In this document: in pieces, positions 31,906 through 47,986 of the stretch | Layout of the letters: each line of letters opens with the position of its first letter | Numbering within the stretch: position 1 is the stretch's first letter | From: Zygnema circumcarinatum SAG 698-1b | Taxonomy: Eukaryota > Plantae > Zygnematophyceae | Direction: 5' to 3' | Length of the DNA: 64,000 nt | NCBI GenBank assembly: GCA_037447605.1 | Contig: CM074817.1 | Location: forward strand, 2,108,001-2,172,000 | Notes under the pieces: generated by a model | The model's database searches: none | Told to the model about the DNA's origin: nothing | Seen by the model: the letters and a program-made list of their open reading frames with translations, nothing else | Translations under genes and position numbers: made by a program

Positions 31906-34296
31906 TCACATACTACCCCTCCCTTTCTTACTAATATTACTCAACATCTGGTAGAGTCCTGATTCCAGATTTTCCCCGGCAGGCAGTCCCAACTCCTCCG
32001 CTGTTCCCACACTCCTCTGACCTAATGACCTCCTCCCTCTCCGTTTCACCCCCTGCAAGGGACTGCTGTGTGCCTGCTTCTCATCATGTGAGGAGGACGG
32101 TAATATACTTGTAGTCATATTCGGAGTCATATTGCTGCTCAATTGCAAGCTACCCATAACCGATTTCTTCCTCTCATCTTCTATAGCAGCCTGTAGCTGA
32201 AACCGGGCCACTCTCGCCATAGCATCAAAAGCTTCCTCTGCCTGCCTTGCTACTTCAGAAGGAGGCAGTTGGCTTACTCCTGCTGGAGATGGCGATGGCA
32301 GCACTTCTGCACATGGCCTGCCTTCATTTGCGGGACTTCTAAGGTTTAAAGGAAACATTTTAGGGTTTTGGGGGTCCGGAGAAGGGCTTGGAATTGCCCC
32401 TCCCCCAAAAATTATACCTCCAGGTGGTCGAGAAACCACCATGTTGGGCTGCCCCACTATGATCGACCATGCTCCCGACTCTTCCCTGGAAGGGAGACCT
32501 TCACTCTCAGAAGCATTACTCAGTACTGAAGGTGCTGTAGACAAAGTCCCACCTTGAGAAATAGCCGTTGCAGGTTTCAGGAGTCTGAGAGTGTCAGAGC
32601 GAGCAGCCATGGCTACATGTTGAGAGTCCTCCTCCTTCGCCACTGCTTCTGCTTCCGTCCTGTGGCTGGTGAGTGAAACATTACTTTGGCGGTTCACAAC
32701 TGAGGGAGAGGTCCATGTGTTGAGTGGCCATCCAGGAAGAGAGGCTCTCACATCTGCTCTACTTTGCTCATTAGCACTGCGGGGATTTCGCATCATTCCA
32801 CTCCGAACAGAAAGCTCTTGTGATAGCAAGGTTTCAGTAGGGTTCAGCTTCTCTTTGAGGTGCTGTCTACCCAAATGAGGGAGGGGAGAGGGAGAGGGGT
32901 CAATGCGAACGAGAGGCCCTGCTGGCAATATCGGAGTCATTGGAGTTAGAGGTCTTGAGGACTCCCCCACTGTGCCACTGATATTGCCCCAAACTTCCAC
33001 CCTTTGAGTCATCATCGGAATGGAGCTACTGGACCCCAACATCTCCATTGGCCACCCCCCATAACTACCCCTTTCAGACTGCCCTTGCTGCATGCTTGCA
33101 GGAGAGGGGTGGTGCTGCTGCTGCTGCATCTTCACAGCTGAAGGTTGCACATTTTGAGAAGAAGAATCTGCTTCAAGAACATCATCTGAAGCCCCTCGGT
33201 GAGTGGAATGCCTTGCAAGCCAAGCCATTGAGCTTCTGCCTTTCAAGCTTGGAGCTCGTTTGATTCCCCCCTTATCAGAGCCACCGGAGAGAGAGTGTGG
33301 GAGGGGAGGGAGCCCCTCTCCCTCACTCTCAAAGCGAAGGGGAGGGCATGTATGCGAGCTGCCTGCACCTCCCCCCATGATGCTGAGTCCGAGCTCAAGG
33401 TTTGGTCCACCCTCCTGTGCAAGAGGTAGAGATAGAGGTAGACTCTCTCCCCTTTCCTCCCTCTCTTCCCTGCACTTCTCCCTACTGCCTCTCTCCTGTC
33501 CTCCATCACGACCAGACTCTCGTTTAACGCTTTCTCTAAGCTGCACTGACCCATGAGATCGCCCTAAACTAAGCTCAAGGTTTGCATGATCCTCTCCCCA
33601 TACCATATTAACAGATCCATGCTTTTCAGGACTCCCTCGGCTGCTTGAAAGAAGCTCCAATTCCCCTCCAACCGACCTCTCCTTATCCATCAGTCTTCCC
33701 TGCTGCTGCTGCAGCCTAAGGGAGGGAACATCACCAGCTTCTCTCAATGTACTCTCAGTTTCCATTACACTCCCTCCCTCTTCAGTTTTCAGCTTTTTTT
33801 CTGCTGGTTCGAGCTCCTTCTCCCACCCTTCAAACCGCCGCTTCCAAACATCTTCTCGCCCTTGTGCAACTCTTATCCCCCATCCGTCCCTCTCTCTCCC
33901 TTCACCTATCCCCCTCTCTCGAAACTGTAGCTTTTCCAAACTCCCATCACCTTCTCCCTCACTGCCAGCCATATCTATCCAACCTTCTCTATTGTGTGGT
34001 ACAATCTTCTCACCTTCTCTCTGGCTAAATGCAGCCGATCGAGAATGCGCTGCATCTACAGAATTAGTCCCTTTGAGGCTGAGCGAGTAAGCTGTTGAAG
34101 AAGAATGCATTAGAACCTGTGGTCTATAAATTTGCCTGCGTCCATCACCGTCTCCTGCTTCAACGTTTCTCTCCCACACCCCTTTTTTGTCGTCCATTAA
34201 GAAGAATGGTTCAGAAGGGGTTGTGGGAGTGACTTCTCTAAGGACAGCAGAGAAGGGTTCAGGAGTCGGGACATCCGCTGGGCTTCTAAAGTCCAA
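31906..34296 (-). CDS. Large exon (~2.4 kb) of an unknown, largely disordered protein with two LxLxL motifs; probable extra exons near 34520-34590, 35915-36000 and 31680-31730
   Basis: 796-codon uninterrupted ORF, CAG acceptor just upstream (~34315) and protein-like S/E/G/Q-rich composition. No family recognised. Confidence 0.7.
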   Translation of the reverse strand: MDFRSPADVPTPEPFSAVLREVTPTTPSEPFFLMDDKKGVWERNVEAGDGDGRRQIYRPQVLMHSSSTAYSLSLKGTNSVDAAHSRSAAFSQREGEKIVPHNREGWIDMAGSEGEGDGSLEKLQFRERGIGEGRERDGWGIRVAQGREDVWKRRFEGWEKELEPAEKKLKTEEGGSVMETESTLREAGDVPSLRLQQQQGRLMDKERSVGGELELLSSSRGSPEKHGSVNMVWGEDHANLELSLGRSHGSVQLRESVKRESGRDGGQERGSREKCREEREERGESLPLSLPLAQEGGPNLELGLSIMGGGAGSSHTCPPLRFESEGEGLPPLPHSLSGGSDKGGIKRAPSLKGRSSMAWLARHSTHRGASDDVLEADSSSQNVQPSAVKMQQQQHHPSPASMQQGQSERGSYGGWPMEMLGSSSSIPMMTQRVEVWGNISGTVGESSRPLTPMTPILPAGPLVRIDPSPSPLPHLGRQHLKEKLNPTETLLSQELSVRSGMMRNPRSANEQSRADVRASLPGWPLNTWTSPSVVNRQSNVSLTSHRTEAEAVAKEEDSQHVAMAARSDTLRLLKPATAISQGGTLSTAPSVLSNASESEGLPSREESGAWSIIVGQPNMVVSRPPGGIIFGGGAIPSPSPDPQNPKMFPLNLRSPANEGRPCAEVLPSPSPAGVSQLPPSEVARQAEEAFDAMARVARFQLQAAIEDERKKSVMGSLQLSSNMTPNMTTSILPSSSHDEKQAHSSPLQGVKRRGRRSLGQRSVGTAEELGLPAGENLESGLYQMLSNISKKGRGSM

Positions 34297-35276
34297 ACGT
34301 TTTGAGCCATCTATATCTGCAGTGGAACGAGAGAAATGGGTTTAAGAGGTTTGTCAGTCGACCTTCCTTCAAAGCTCGGAGTTCAGCCACTCCTTCAGAT
34401 GCACTGTAAGCAAGAAACATACGAAATTCAGCCACTGCGTCCCTCCCACTTCCTTGAAAACACTGCGATAAAAAACAAGCAGATTCACATAGCTGTGATC
34501 ACTGTCAAGTATCATACTTAAAGCGATATTGTCGTCTGTCAGTACGATCATGGCAGGAAGTATGTTTGTATGCGTTGCCGCCCCCAAATTCACGCCCGCC
34601 TACAACTGCAGACCCCTGACAGCTGCACCTGCAACGTGAACAGGCAAGGGTTTCATTGTCAGTTTTCAGGTTCCCGAAAACCCGGTTTCCAGGTTTCCTG
34701 TTCGATTGAAGTTTTCCATTTCCTTATTGTCCTCACTCCTGTTGGAGCGTCAACGCCCTCATCCTGCTCTGTTGAAGTCTATATCTCGTTATTCTCAGGT
34801 TATTGTTCATTGCACCCACATACATTTTCTTCTCCTTCCTTTCATTAATCACGCAAGTAACGCTTCTCGCACCTTTCGCATGCATTGCCTACCCTTCCTC
34901 TTTCCAAAGTGACGACCCTAAATTCACACCGTCTGCATTGCCTCCTGGCTCAAATCTCAAAAGCCACCCTTATTAAAATGTTCGCTATATCCCCACATCC
35001 TCAGCCTTGTTGCACACAAATCCCTGATCATCCATAGAATTTTTTCAACAAAAAGACCAGCAGATCGCTCCCTCTTCCTTCCCCCTCGCCCAAAACCAAC
35101 CCCTCCCTCCTTCTCCATCCCTCACATTGCTCCTCAGTTCCCTAATGGCCCCACTTGTACCTGATCCAGGCCTTCCCTGCAAATTATAACATACTTCTTC
35201 ACCACCTCCCAGCCATCCCTTCCTCCTCTCCTCCCATATTGCAACAGACTTACGACACCTCCTTCTTACTCGAAGC

Positions 35277-35870
35277 CCTAACCCTAATCCTCACCCTCAC
35301 CCTCAATTTCACCCTAACCCTAACCCTAACGCTAACCGCTCACCTTATCCTCAAATCACTCCCCTTCCATGCTCCTCTCTCCCACTCCTCTCCCACAGCC
35401 CTCTCTCACACCCCTGTCCCACTCCTCTTCAACACCCTTCTCCCACTCCCTCTCCCACTCCTCTCCCACACCCCACTCTCCCACTCCCTCTCCCACTCCT
35501 CTCTCGCACCTCTCCCACTCCCTCTCCCACTCCCTCTCCCACTCCTCTACCACACCCCTCTCTCACACCCCTGTCCCACTTCTCTCCAACACCCTTCTCC
35601 TACTCCCTTTCCCACTCCCTCTCCCACTCCCACTCCCTCTCCCACCTCTCCCACACCCCTCTCTCCCACCCCTGTCCCACTCCTCTCCAACACCCTTCTC
35701 CCACTCCCTCTCCCACTCCTCTCCCACAGCCCTCTCTCAAACCCCTGTCCCACTCTCCAACACTTCTCCCACTCCCAATCCCACTCCCTCTCCCACTCCT
35801 CTCCAACACCCTTCTCCCACTCCCTCTCCAACTCCTCTCCCACCTCACTCCACCTCACCTCCTCCCCCCC
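35277..35870. repeat. Degenerate CCCTAA/CCCTCA hexamers followed by a CCCACTCCTCTC-type pyrimidine satellite
   Basis: Direct reading. Confidence 0.8.
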
Positions 35871-38068
35871 TCCCCCTTGCCAGCACTCCCCTCCCCTCCC
35901 CTCCCAGCGGCCGTACCGCCCGCCCGGCGGCTATGGCGGCCGCCCCCTCCTGCCCGCCCGCCCGCCTGCCCGCCTGGCGGCCTCCCAAAGCGCCACATGG
36001 CGGCGGCTCCTCCCTTTGGGGCCGCGCCGCCGTACGGACGACCATCGCTCGCGACAAAAAGCGCCACGGACAACCGCGCAACCGAACCGGAACTGTACGA
36101 GACAGGAAAAATCGGTGACCGACAGCCTTCAAAAAGTCGGAAGCTGTACGAAACGTGTACAAACAAGAGTTCGTACGGTACGGTTAACACTTTAGGCGGT
36201 GGCACCACTCGAGTGCCTCTGGGCTGCCCCTTCGTACGGCTGCAGCTGTACCGTATCTACACGATACGATACGGCCTGGTCCGTACGGTACCCAGGCGGC
36301 GAACATTCGCGTAGTCGCGTGGGGACCTCCACGGAGGCGGCGGAGGGACTCGGGGACCGGCTGGGGTCCCTGCGGGGACGGCATGATTGCCGCGGGGACG
36401 GCCTTCAATGCGGGCGGGGCTGAAAGTCAATTACGGCCGGGAAGAAGGGGGACAAACGGCCGCACGCTCTAATGGGAATCTATGTCACTGTTTCACGCTA
36501 GGTTTACAGGACGCTGATCCATGTGCAGAGGGACAGAGGGCCGCTGTCCCTCTGTCCCATTCAGAGGGACAGCGGCCGCAAGTCCGATTGGATGCACGCG
36601 TGGGGGTTAGCTGGAGGACACCTGGCAGTCCGTATGGGGGCTCTGGCACGCTCTCATCCGTCGGATCGACAGGGCGGGCCACCAGATCGTTGGCCCGCAG
36701 GGCCCAATGGGACCAGCCTGGACCGCGTCCACGAATAGGAACGAGACACGTCACCAAGTTGCGGCTCTCTGCAGCTCACGACCGTTTTGCGGTTGTGCGT
36801 GACGCGTCAAACGGGAACTGTCAATTTGAAAATGACTTTTTTTTTGTGTTTTTGAGAACTGAATTGGAGGGAGGGCATTGCAATCGACGATTCGTTCTTC
36901 AAAATTAGTACCTGCACTGCCACCTTGTAATCGGTCTCATATACTAGTTTCGAAATTGATTTTTTTCCAAAACTTTTCAGACGAGCGTCTGACCCAGACG
37001 CCTGCCAGTTGTTTCCCCTGACTTCTCACGTCACCGCCGGATCCGTACCCGCGCCAGTACCTGTACGGTTAATTTTGGACGCAGCGATCCTGTACACCAT
37101 ACCGGATCGGACGGAGAGCGTTTGTGCCATGTGCCATCTTGGATTTTTGTCATGCGCCAAAAGTTTTCGAATACACGTGGTCGCTTGTGGTTGCGAGCAG
37201 AGCGATCGGGTGGGTGACGTGGCAGCGCAGGGGCATGTACGCGTGGCTGAAGAATGATTGGCCGCCCGGGTGACCGTACGGATTGCACTGTTTTCGAAAC
37301 GTCCCTATCTGTACAGAATTTTCGTACGACAGGGAACCTTCGGATAAATACCACCAGAATGATTGAGACTCCTCAAAATTTCTATTTTAATAGCGCATTG
37401 TTCAACCTCATTGGACTTTCAGCGCTACCGTAGAGGCTCGCGAAATTGCGAGTATGCATAGCAATTTGAACAACATGAAAATAAAAAGGGTAGTGATATT
37501 TCCACCCCTTTTTTGGATCCAAACACCCCTTCCCGGCCGGGCAGATTTCAAAAGGGATTAAAAACGGAAAATGCGTTTTTCACACCTTTTTGGAACCGAT
37601 ATCCACCTTCTTCCGTCGGCTGATTTTATTTTTTCTAACCAAGGAAAATGATACCCCGTCACTGCATTTTGAATACTGTATCCCGCCTCCCTGAATTTTT
37701 TTTTTGGGGGAACGAAAATATCTGCCTGCCCGAATCCGCTCGAAGCGGAAGATCCGTCCGCCACGAGATCGCTCGTGGGTGTCCGTCCTTCACACGTGCG
37801 TGTCAATCGCATCTGTCGATTCCCTCGCAGATCCAACCACTGCAGGTCACCGTTCGATCTCCAGCCGGGCTCGATCTTAGCGAATGGAAAGCGCCCACGA
37901 GTCCCGTCAAAGCCGGATCGCACGTACGAGTGCGCGCGTCCCTCGGCCCGAGATCTCGTCATTGTTAGTTCCCAGCCAATAAAAATCTGCCACGTATTTC
38001 ATTTTTGACGTGGAAACTTTTGATTGGTCCAAGCTCTCATTGTACGAAATTCTGGGTTCCTTAAGTTG

Positions 38069-40073
38069 GGAAAATGATACAGCGGCCCCACTCTTTGGAT
38101 ATCGGCGCCCCTTTTGGGAAAAATTGTACTTTTTTTTTTGGCTAATCACCCCCCCCCTTGGATCTTTCGGGAGGAGAGATCTTGTAGACAATCGGACCCC
38201 GCGCCTCGCGCGCAGGATCCGACTGTGCACCGACGTACGGCGCCGCGCATCGCGGCGCGGCCCGCGAGATGCGGCGAGCCTACGGAAACGTTGTCCTCAC
38301 CTGACCCGTTTGGGTCGAGGTTGCCACGTGGCAGTCTGCCATTGGACAGCCCTGCTGCCGGTCCCCCATGCCGATACAGTGGACCCCCATAATATTTTCG
38401 CCATGGTTTCGGCAAATACTTGGCGAAAATATTGTAATTTGCAAATATAAGGTCCGTGTTACCAATAGGCGAGCGGTATTATGTTAGAGTTCATGTCTGT
38501 TTGTACGTATCGTATCGTGTCGTATCGTACCGTACCGTACCGTGATTTAGATACACGAGCTCCTATTGGTGTCGTACGTATACCGTACGAATTAGAGATT
38601 TTATTCGTACTTACCGTACAGCGTAAAAGCGTGACCCATGTTTGAAAGCCGTTTCGATTAACAGATTTTGTATTGGAGAATAGGTCAGGTTAGGTTAACA
38701 CCCCTAATACGTTAACATTGAGTTACCGTACAAAAAGGTGGTTTCGGCAAAATCGGGGCGAATTTCTTGGGGACGCACTGTACAAGGTGGAAAATATTAT
38801 GGGGGTCCACTGTATCGGCATGGGGGACCGGCAGCAGGGCTGTCCAATGGCAGACTGCCACGTGGCAACCTCGACCCAAACGGGTCAGGTGAGGACAACG
38901 TTTCCGTAGGCTCGCCGCATCTCGCGGGCCGCGCCGCGATGCGCGGCGCCGTACGTCGGTGCACAGTCGGATCCTGCGCGCGAGGCGCGGGGTCCGATTG
39001 TCTACAAGATCTCTCCTCCCGAAAGATCCAAGGGGGGGGTGATTAGCCAAAAAAAAGGGTAGTGATATTTCCACCCCTTTTTTGGATCCAAACACCCCTT
39101 CCCGGCCGGGCAGATGTCAAAAAGGATTAAAAACGGAAAATGGCTTTTTCACACCTTTTTGGAATCGATACCACCCTCCATCGGCAGATTTATTTCTGCG
39201 AAACAAGGAAAATGATAACCCATCACCCCATTTGAATATCCCGCTTACCTGAATTTTTTTTCACGCGTGCGGTCAATCGCAGCCGTCGATTCCCTCGCAG
39301 ATCGCAACACGGCAGATCACTATTTGATCGGCAGCCGGGCTCGGTCACAGCGCGGGGCACCTGCCCACGTATCCCGCCAAAGTCCTCTCAAAAGTTTGTC
39401 CGTACAAATGGCGTACAATCGCAATGTGAGGAACCCAAAATTTTGTACATTGAGATCTTGAACCAATCATAATTTTCCACGTCAAAAATGAAACACGTGG
39501 CAGATGTTGATTGGCTGGGAGCTAACAATGACGAGATCTCGGGCCGAGGGACGCGCGCACTCGCACGTGCGATCCGGCTTTGACGGGACTCGTGGGCGCT
39601 TTCCATTCGCTAAGATCGAGCCCGGCTGCAGATCGAACGGTGATTTGCAGTGGTGCGATCTGCGAGGGAATCGACAGCTGCGATTGACACACACGTGTGA
39701 AGGACGGACACCCGCGAACGATCTCGTGGCGGACGGATCTTCCGCTCCGAGCGGATTCGGGCAGGCAGATAATTCTTTCCCTCAAAAAAAAAATTCAGGG
39801 AGGCGGGATACAGTCTTCAAAATGCGGTGACGTGGTATCATTTTCCTTGGTTAGCAAAAATAAAATCAGCCGACGGAAGAAGGTAGGTATCGATTCCAAA
39901 AAGGTGTGAAAAAAGCATTTTCTGTTTTTAATCCCTTCTGAAATCTGCCCGGCCGGGAAGGGGTGTTTGGATCCAAAAAAGGGGTGGAAATATCACTACC
40001 CAAAAAAAAAAGTACAATTTTTCCCAAAAGGGGGCGCCGATATCCAAAGAGTGGGGCCGCTGTATCATTTTCC
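38069..40073. mobile_element. Family B long-TIR (~330 bp) element, middle layer of the nest
   Basis: Termini GGAAAATGATAC...GTATCATTTTCC; 8-bp TSD TTAAGTTG at 38061-38068 and 40074-40081. Left TIR 38069-38400 matches 38790-39056 plus ~40010-40073. Confidence 0.9.
39057..40001. mobile_element. Family A long-TIR element (945 bp), innermost layer, inverted relative to the outer copy
   Basis: Same GGGTAGTGATATTTCCACCCC termini; inserted in the poly-A of family B's right TIR with an A8 duplication. Confidence 0.88.
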
Positions 40074-41413
40074 TTAAGTTGCGACCGCACGACATTTGTA
40101 CGGACAAACTTTTGAGACGACTTTGGCGGGATACGTGGGCACGTGCCATTCGCTGTGACCGAGCCCGGCTGCAGATCAAATAGTGATCTGCCGTGTTACG
40201 ATCTGCGAGGGAATCGACGGCTGCGATTGACCGCACGCGTGAAAAAAAATTCAGGTAGGCGGGATATTCAAAATGGGGTGACGGGTTATCAGTTTCCTTG
40301 TTTCGCAAAAATAAAATCTGCCGATGCAGGGTGGGTATCGATTCCAAAAAGGTGTGAAAAAAGCATTTTCCGTTTTTAATCCTTTTTGAAATCTGCCCGG
40401 CCGGGAAGGGGTGTTTGGATCCAAAAAAGGGGTGGAAATATCACTACCCAATAAAAATTGAAATGACCAAGTTGCACGTTCTCGAAAATCCCTCTGCCGC
40501 CCTTTCCTGTACGGCCGACCGGCCGCATCCGCGAACGTTCAACGCCGCAATCATTTCGGGAGCCGTCCGTGGGCGGCCGCAAACGCGACCCGTTCCTCTG
40601 AACCTTGCGGCGCAAGGTCAACGTTGCCAGGTGGCGCTTATGCATGTCGTATGCGGCGGTACAGTCTGCCCTGGCGCTGCGTCCAGGACGGACCGTACTC
40701 CTGCGGACGAGGAGAATTAAGGACCTGGGCCCGCTACTGAGCGCTACGCGACAATGGAGTTAATGGGGGCGCGACAAGAAAGGATTCCCCGACAACTGGC
40801 AGGAGGTCGGTCTGGACAGGTCGGGCCATCCGAAAGGTTTCAGAAAAAATCGATTTCAGAACTGCGGTCCTTTGCGGTTATTTGGTCCTTTGCGACCAGT
40901 TCCTCGTGGTTCCCCATGAGGCTGACTTTGTCCATGTACATCTGATGGCATCATGGCCAGGCGTGAGATCCATGCCGCAACTTCTCCCTATTCACATGTA
41001 TCGTTAGAAAAAATCCGTTTCCGTACTTTAGCCCCCACCACGCGCATGGACACGCCCACAAAGCATCCATCCATGCGGCCGCACATCCGTGCACGTCGTA
41101 CCACGTGGCATCACGTGTACTCAGATGATTGGTCCGCCTGTCACCTTTACACGTGTCGTACTCCCGGTGCCGTACGTTCCGCGCCTTGCGGGACGGCCCG
41201 TTTCACACGTGCCGGCGCTCTCTTGCCAGGAGGGAGGGAGGGAGGAGGGAGCCAGAAGGGAGGCAGGAGGGAGGGAGGGAGGGAGGAGGGAGCCAGAAGG
41301 GAGGCAGGAGGGAGGGAGGGAGGGAGGGAGGGAGGGAGGGAGGGAGGGAGGGAGGGAGGGAGGGAGGACGAGGCAGGGAGGACGACAGCTGTAGAGGGGG
41401 GAGTGTCGCCGCC

Positions 41414-46650
<5,237 letters not shown>

Positions 46651-47986
46651 GGCAGGGCTCCTTAAGGCAGTTCTGTGAGAGGGGGGCTTGGAGGTTACAT
46701 GTACAGAAATTTAGTTTTTTACTGCTGCAGTTTTAACTGTCGCTTCATGCAGCGGAAAGGGTAGTGAAGCACCTCCAGTGCTTCTCTTGGTTGAGAGGAG
46801 TTGGCAGCACCAAGGGGGAGGGGGGGGGTCTATGTGTGAGCAGTTCAGTTCACTTCAGTTCAGTTCAGTTCTGTTTTGTTCCATGCAATAAACAAGGAAT
46901 GAAGGTAAATGTTAGGAGCAATAAATCAAATCGGTGCTGCCAAAGAATTTGGTTTTGCGTTTATGCCTCCTCTTTGCCCACTCGGATAGTCTTGGCGAAA
47001 TTCTTGAAATTTGTTTATGTAACACCTGAACCCTGGAAACCCTAAAACCCTTAAACCCTACACCACCAAAACCCTAAAACCCGCCTTTTCGATTTCTGTT
47101 GGGCCTAAAATTTGAAAATTTCCGCACATGGAACAGCGCTCGCGAACAGTCCCCAAAAGCAGCAAACGCGCCAGCCGGGAGATTCAAAAATAAAAAGGAT
47201 GAGTGACGTCATAGCGGCGTCATTAGTTGCTTTCGTTGTGCCACGTGGCGGCCATGCAGCGGCCCATCCCGGCCGGCAGCCCTGAGCTCATTTAATGGCG
47301 ATCCAACGGCCCAGATAGCGCGATCGTGACCGGCGGCCACCGGGGCCGATGTGTCGGTGCCGTACACTCACGCGGCCTTCCCGGGAAGGGGACGTGCGGT
47401 GTGGGCCAATGGGAGGACGGAGTGACACGTGTAAATTATACAGAACTGGATGACATGGAACGGCAGAGGATCAGCGTCGTACGGAAGCGGAGGGCCGTGG
47501 CCCGTGGGGCCCTCCGAGTCAATGCGCCGCCCGGGAGGGGAGGGATGAAGGGGCGCAGGGGGCGGGAGGGAGGGCGAGGAGAGAGAGGGAGAGGGAGGGG
47601 GAGAGGGAGAGGGAGAGAGAGAGGGAGAGGGAGTGGGAGAAGAGGGAGGGGGAGAGAGGAAGGGAGAGGGAGAGATCGAAGAGGGAGGGAGGAGGGAGGT
47701 GGGAGGGAGGAAGGAGGAGAGAGGCGAGAGGGAGGAGGGATAAGAGAGGAACGGGATAGAGGGTGTGGAGGGCAGAAGGGCGGCAAGGGGAAGATGGGCG
47801 GAGAGGGGGAGATGGGGTGAGACACGAAGTAGTCGACGAGAGGTGAGAGGAACTGGAGAGACGGTCACAACGAGCCTCCCTTTGCAGAGGGAGAGGGCAC
47901 GGCGGAGGGGGAGGTGACTGTGGAGTTGGGGAAGAGGGTACAAAAGAGGAGGAGTGAGGGGTGTGCGCGGAGGGGCTGAGTGGTGC

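Larger units (their letters stand above)
37488..40449. mobile_element. Family A long-TIR element, outer layer of a nest (~950 bp once the insertion is removed)
   Basis: TIRs begin GGGTAGTGATATTTCCACCCC; 8-bp TSD AATAAAAA at 37480-37487 and 40450-40457. Confidence 0.9.

Noticed and set aside
47035-47085. Cluster of AAACCCTA telo-box-like motifs
   Set aside because: Common plant promoter/UTR feature, also seen near 1180, 4465 and 52790; not informative on its own.
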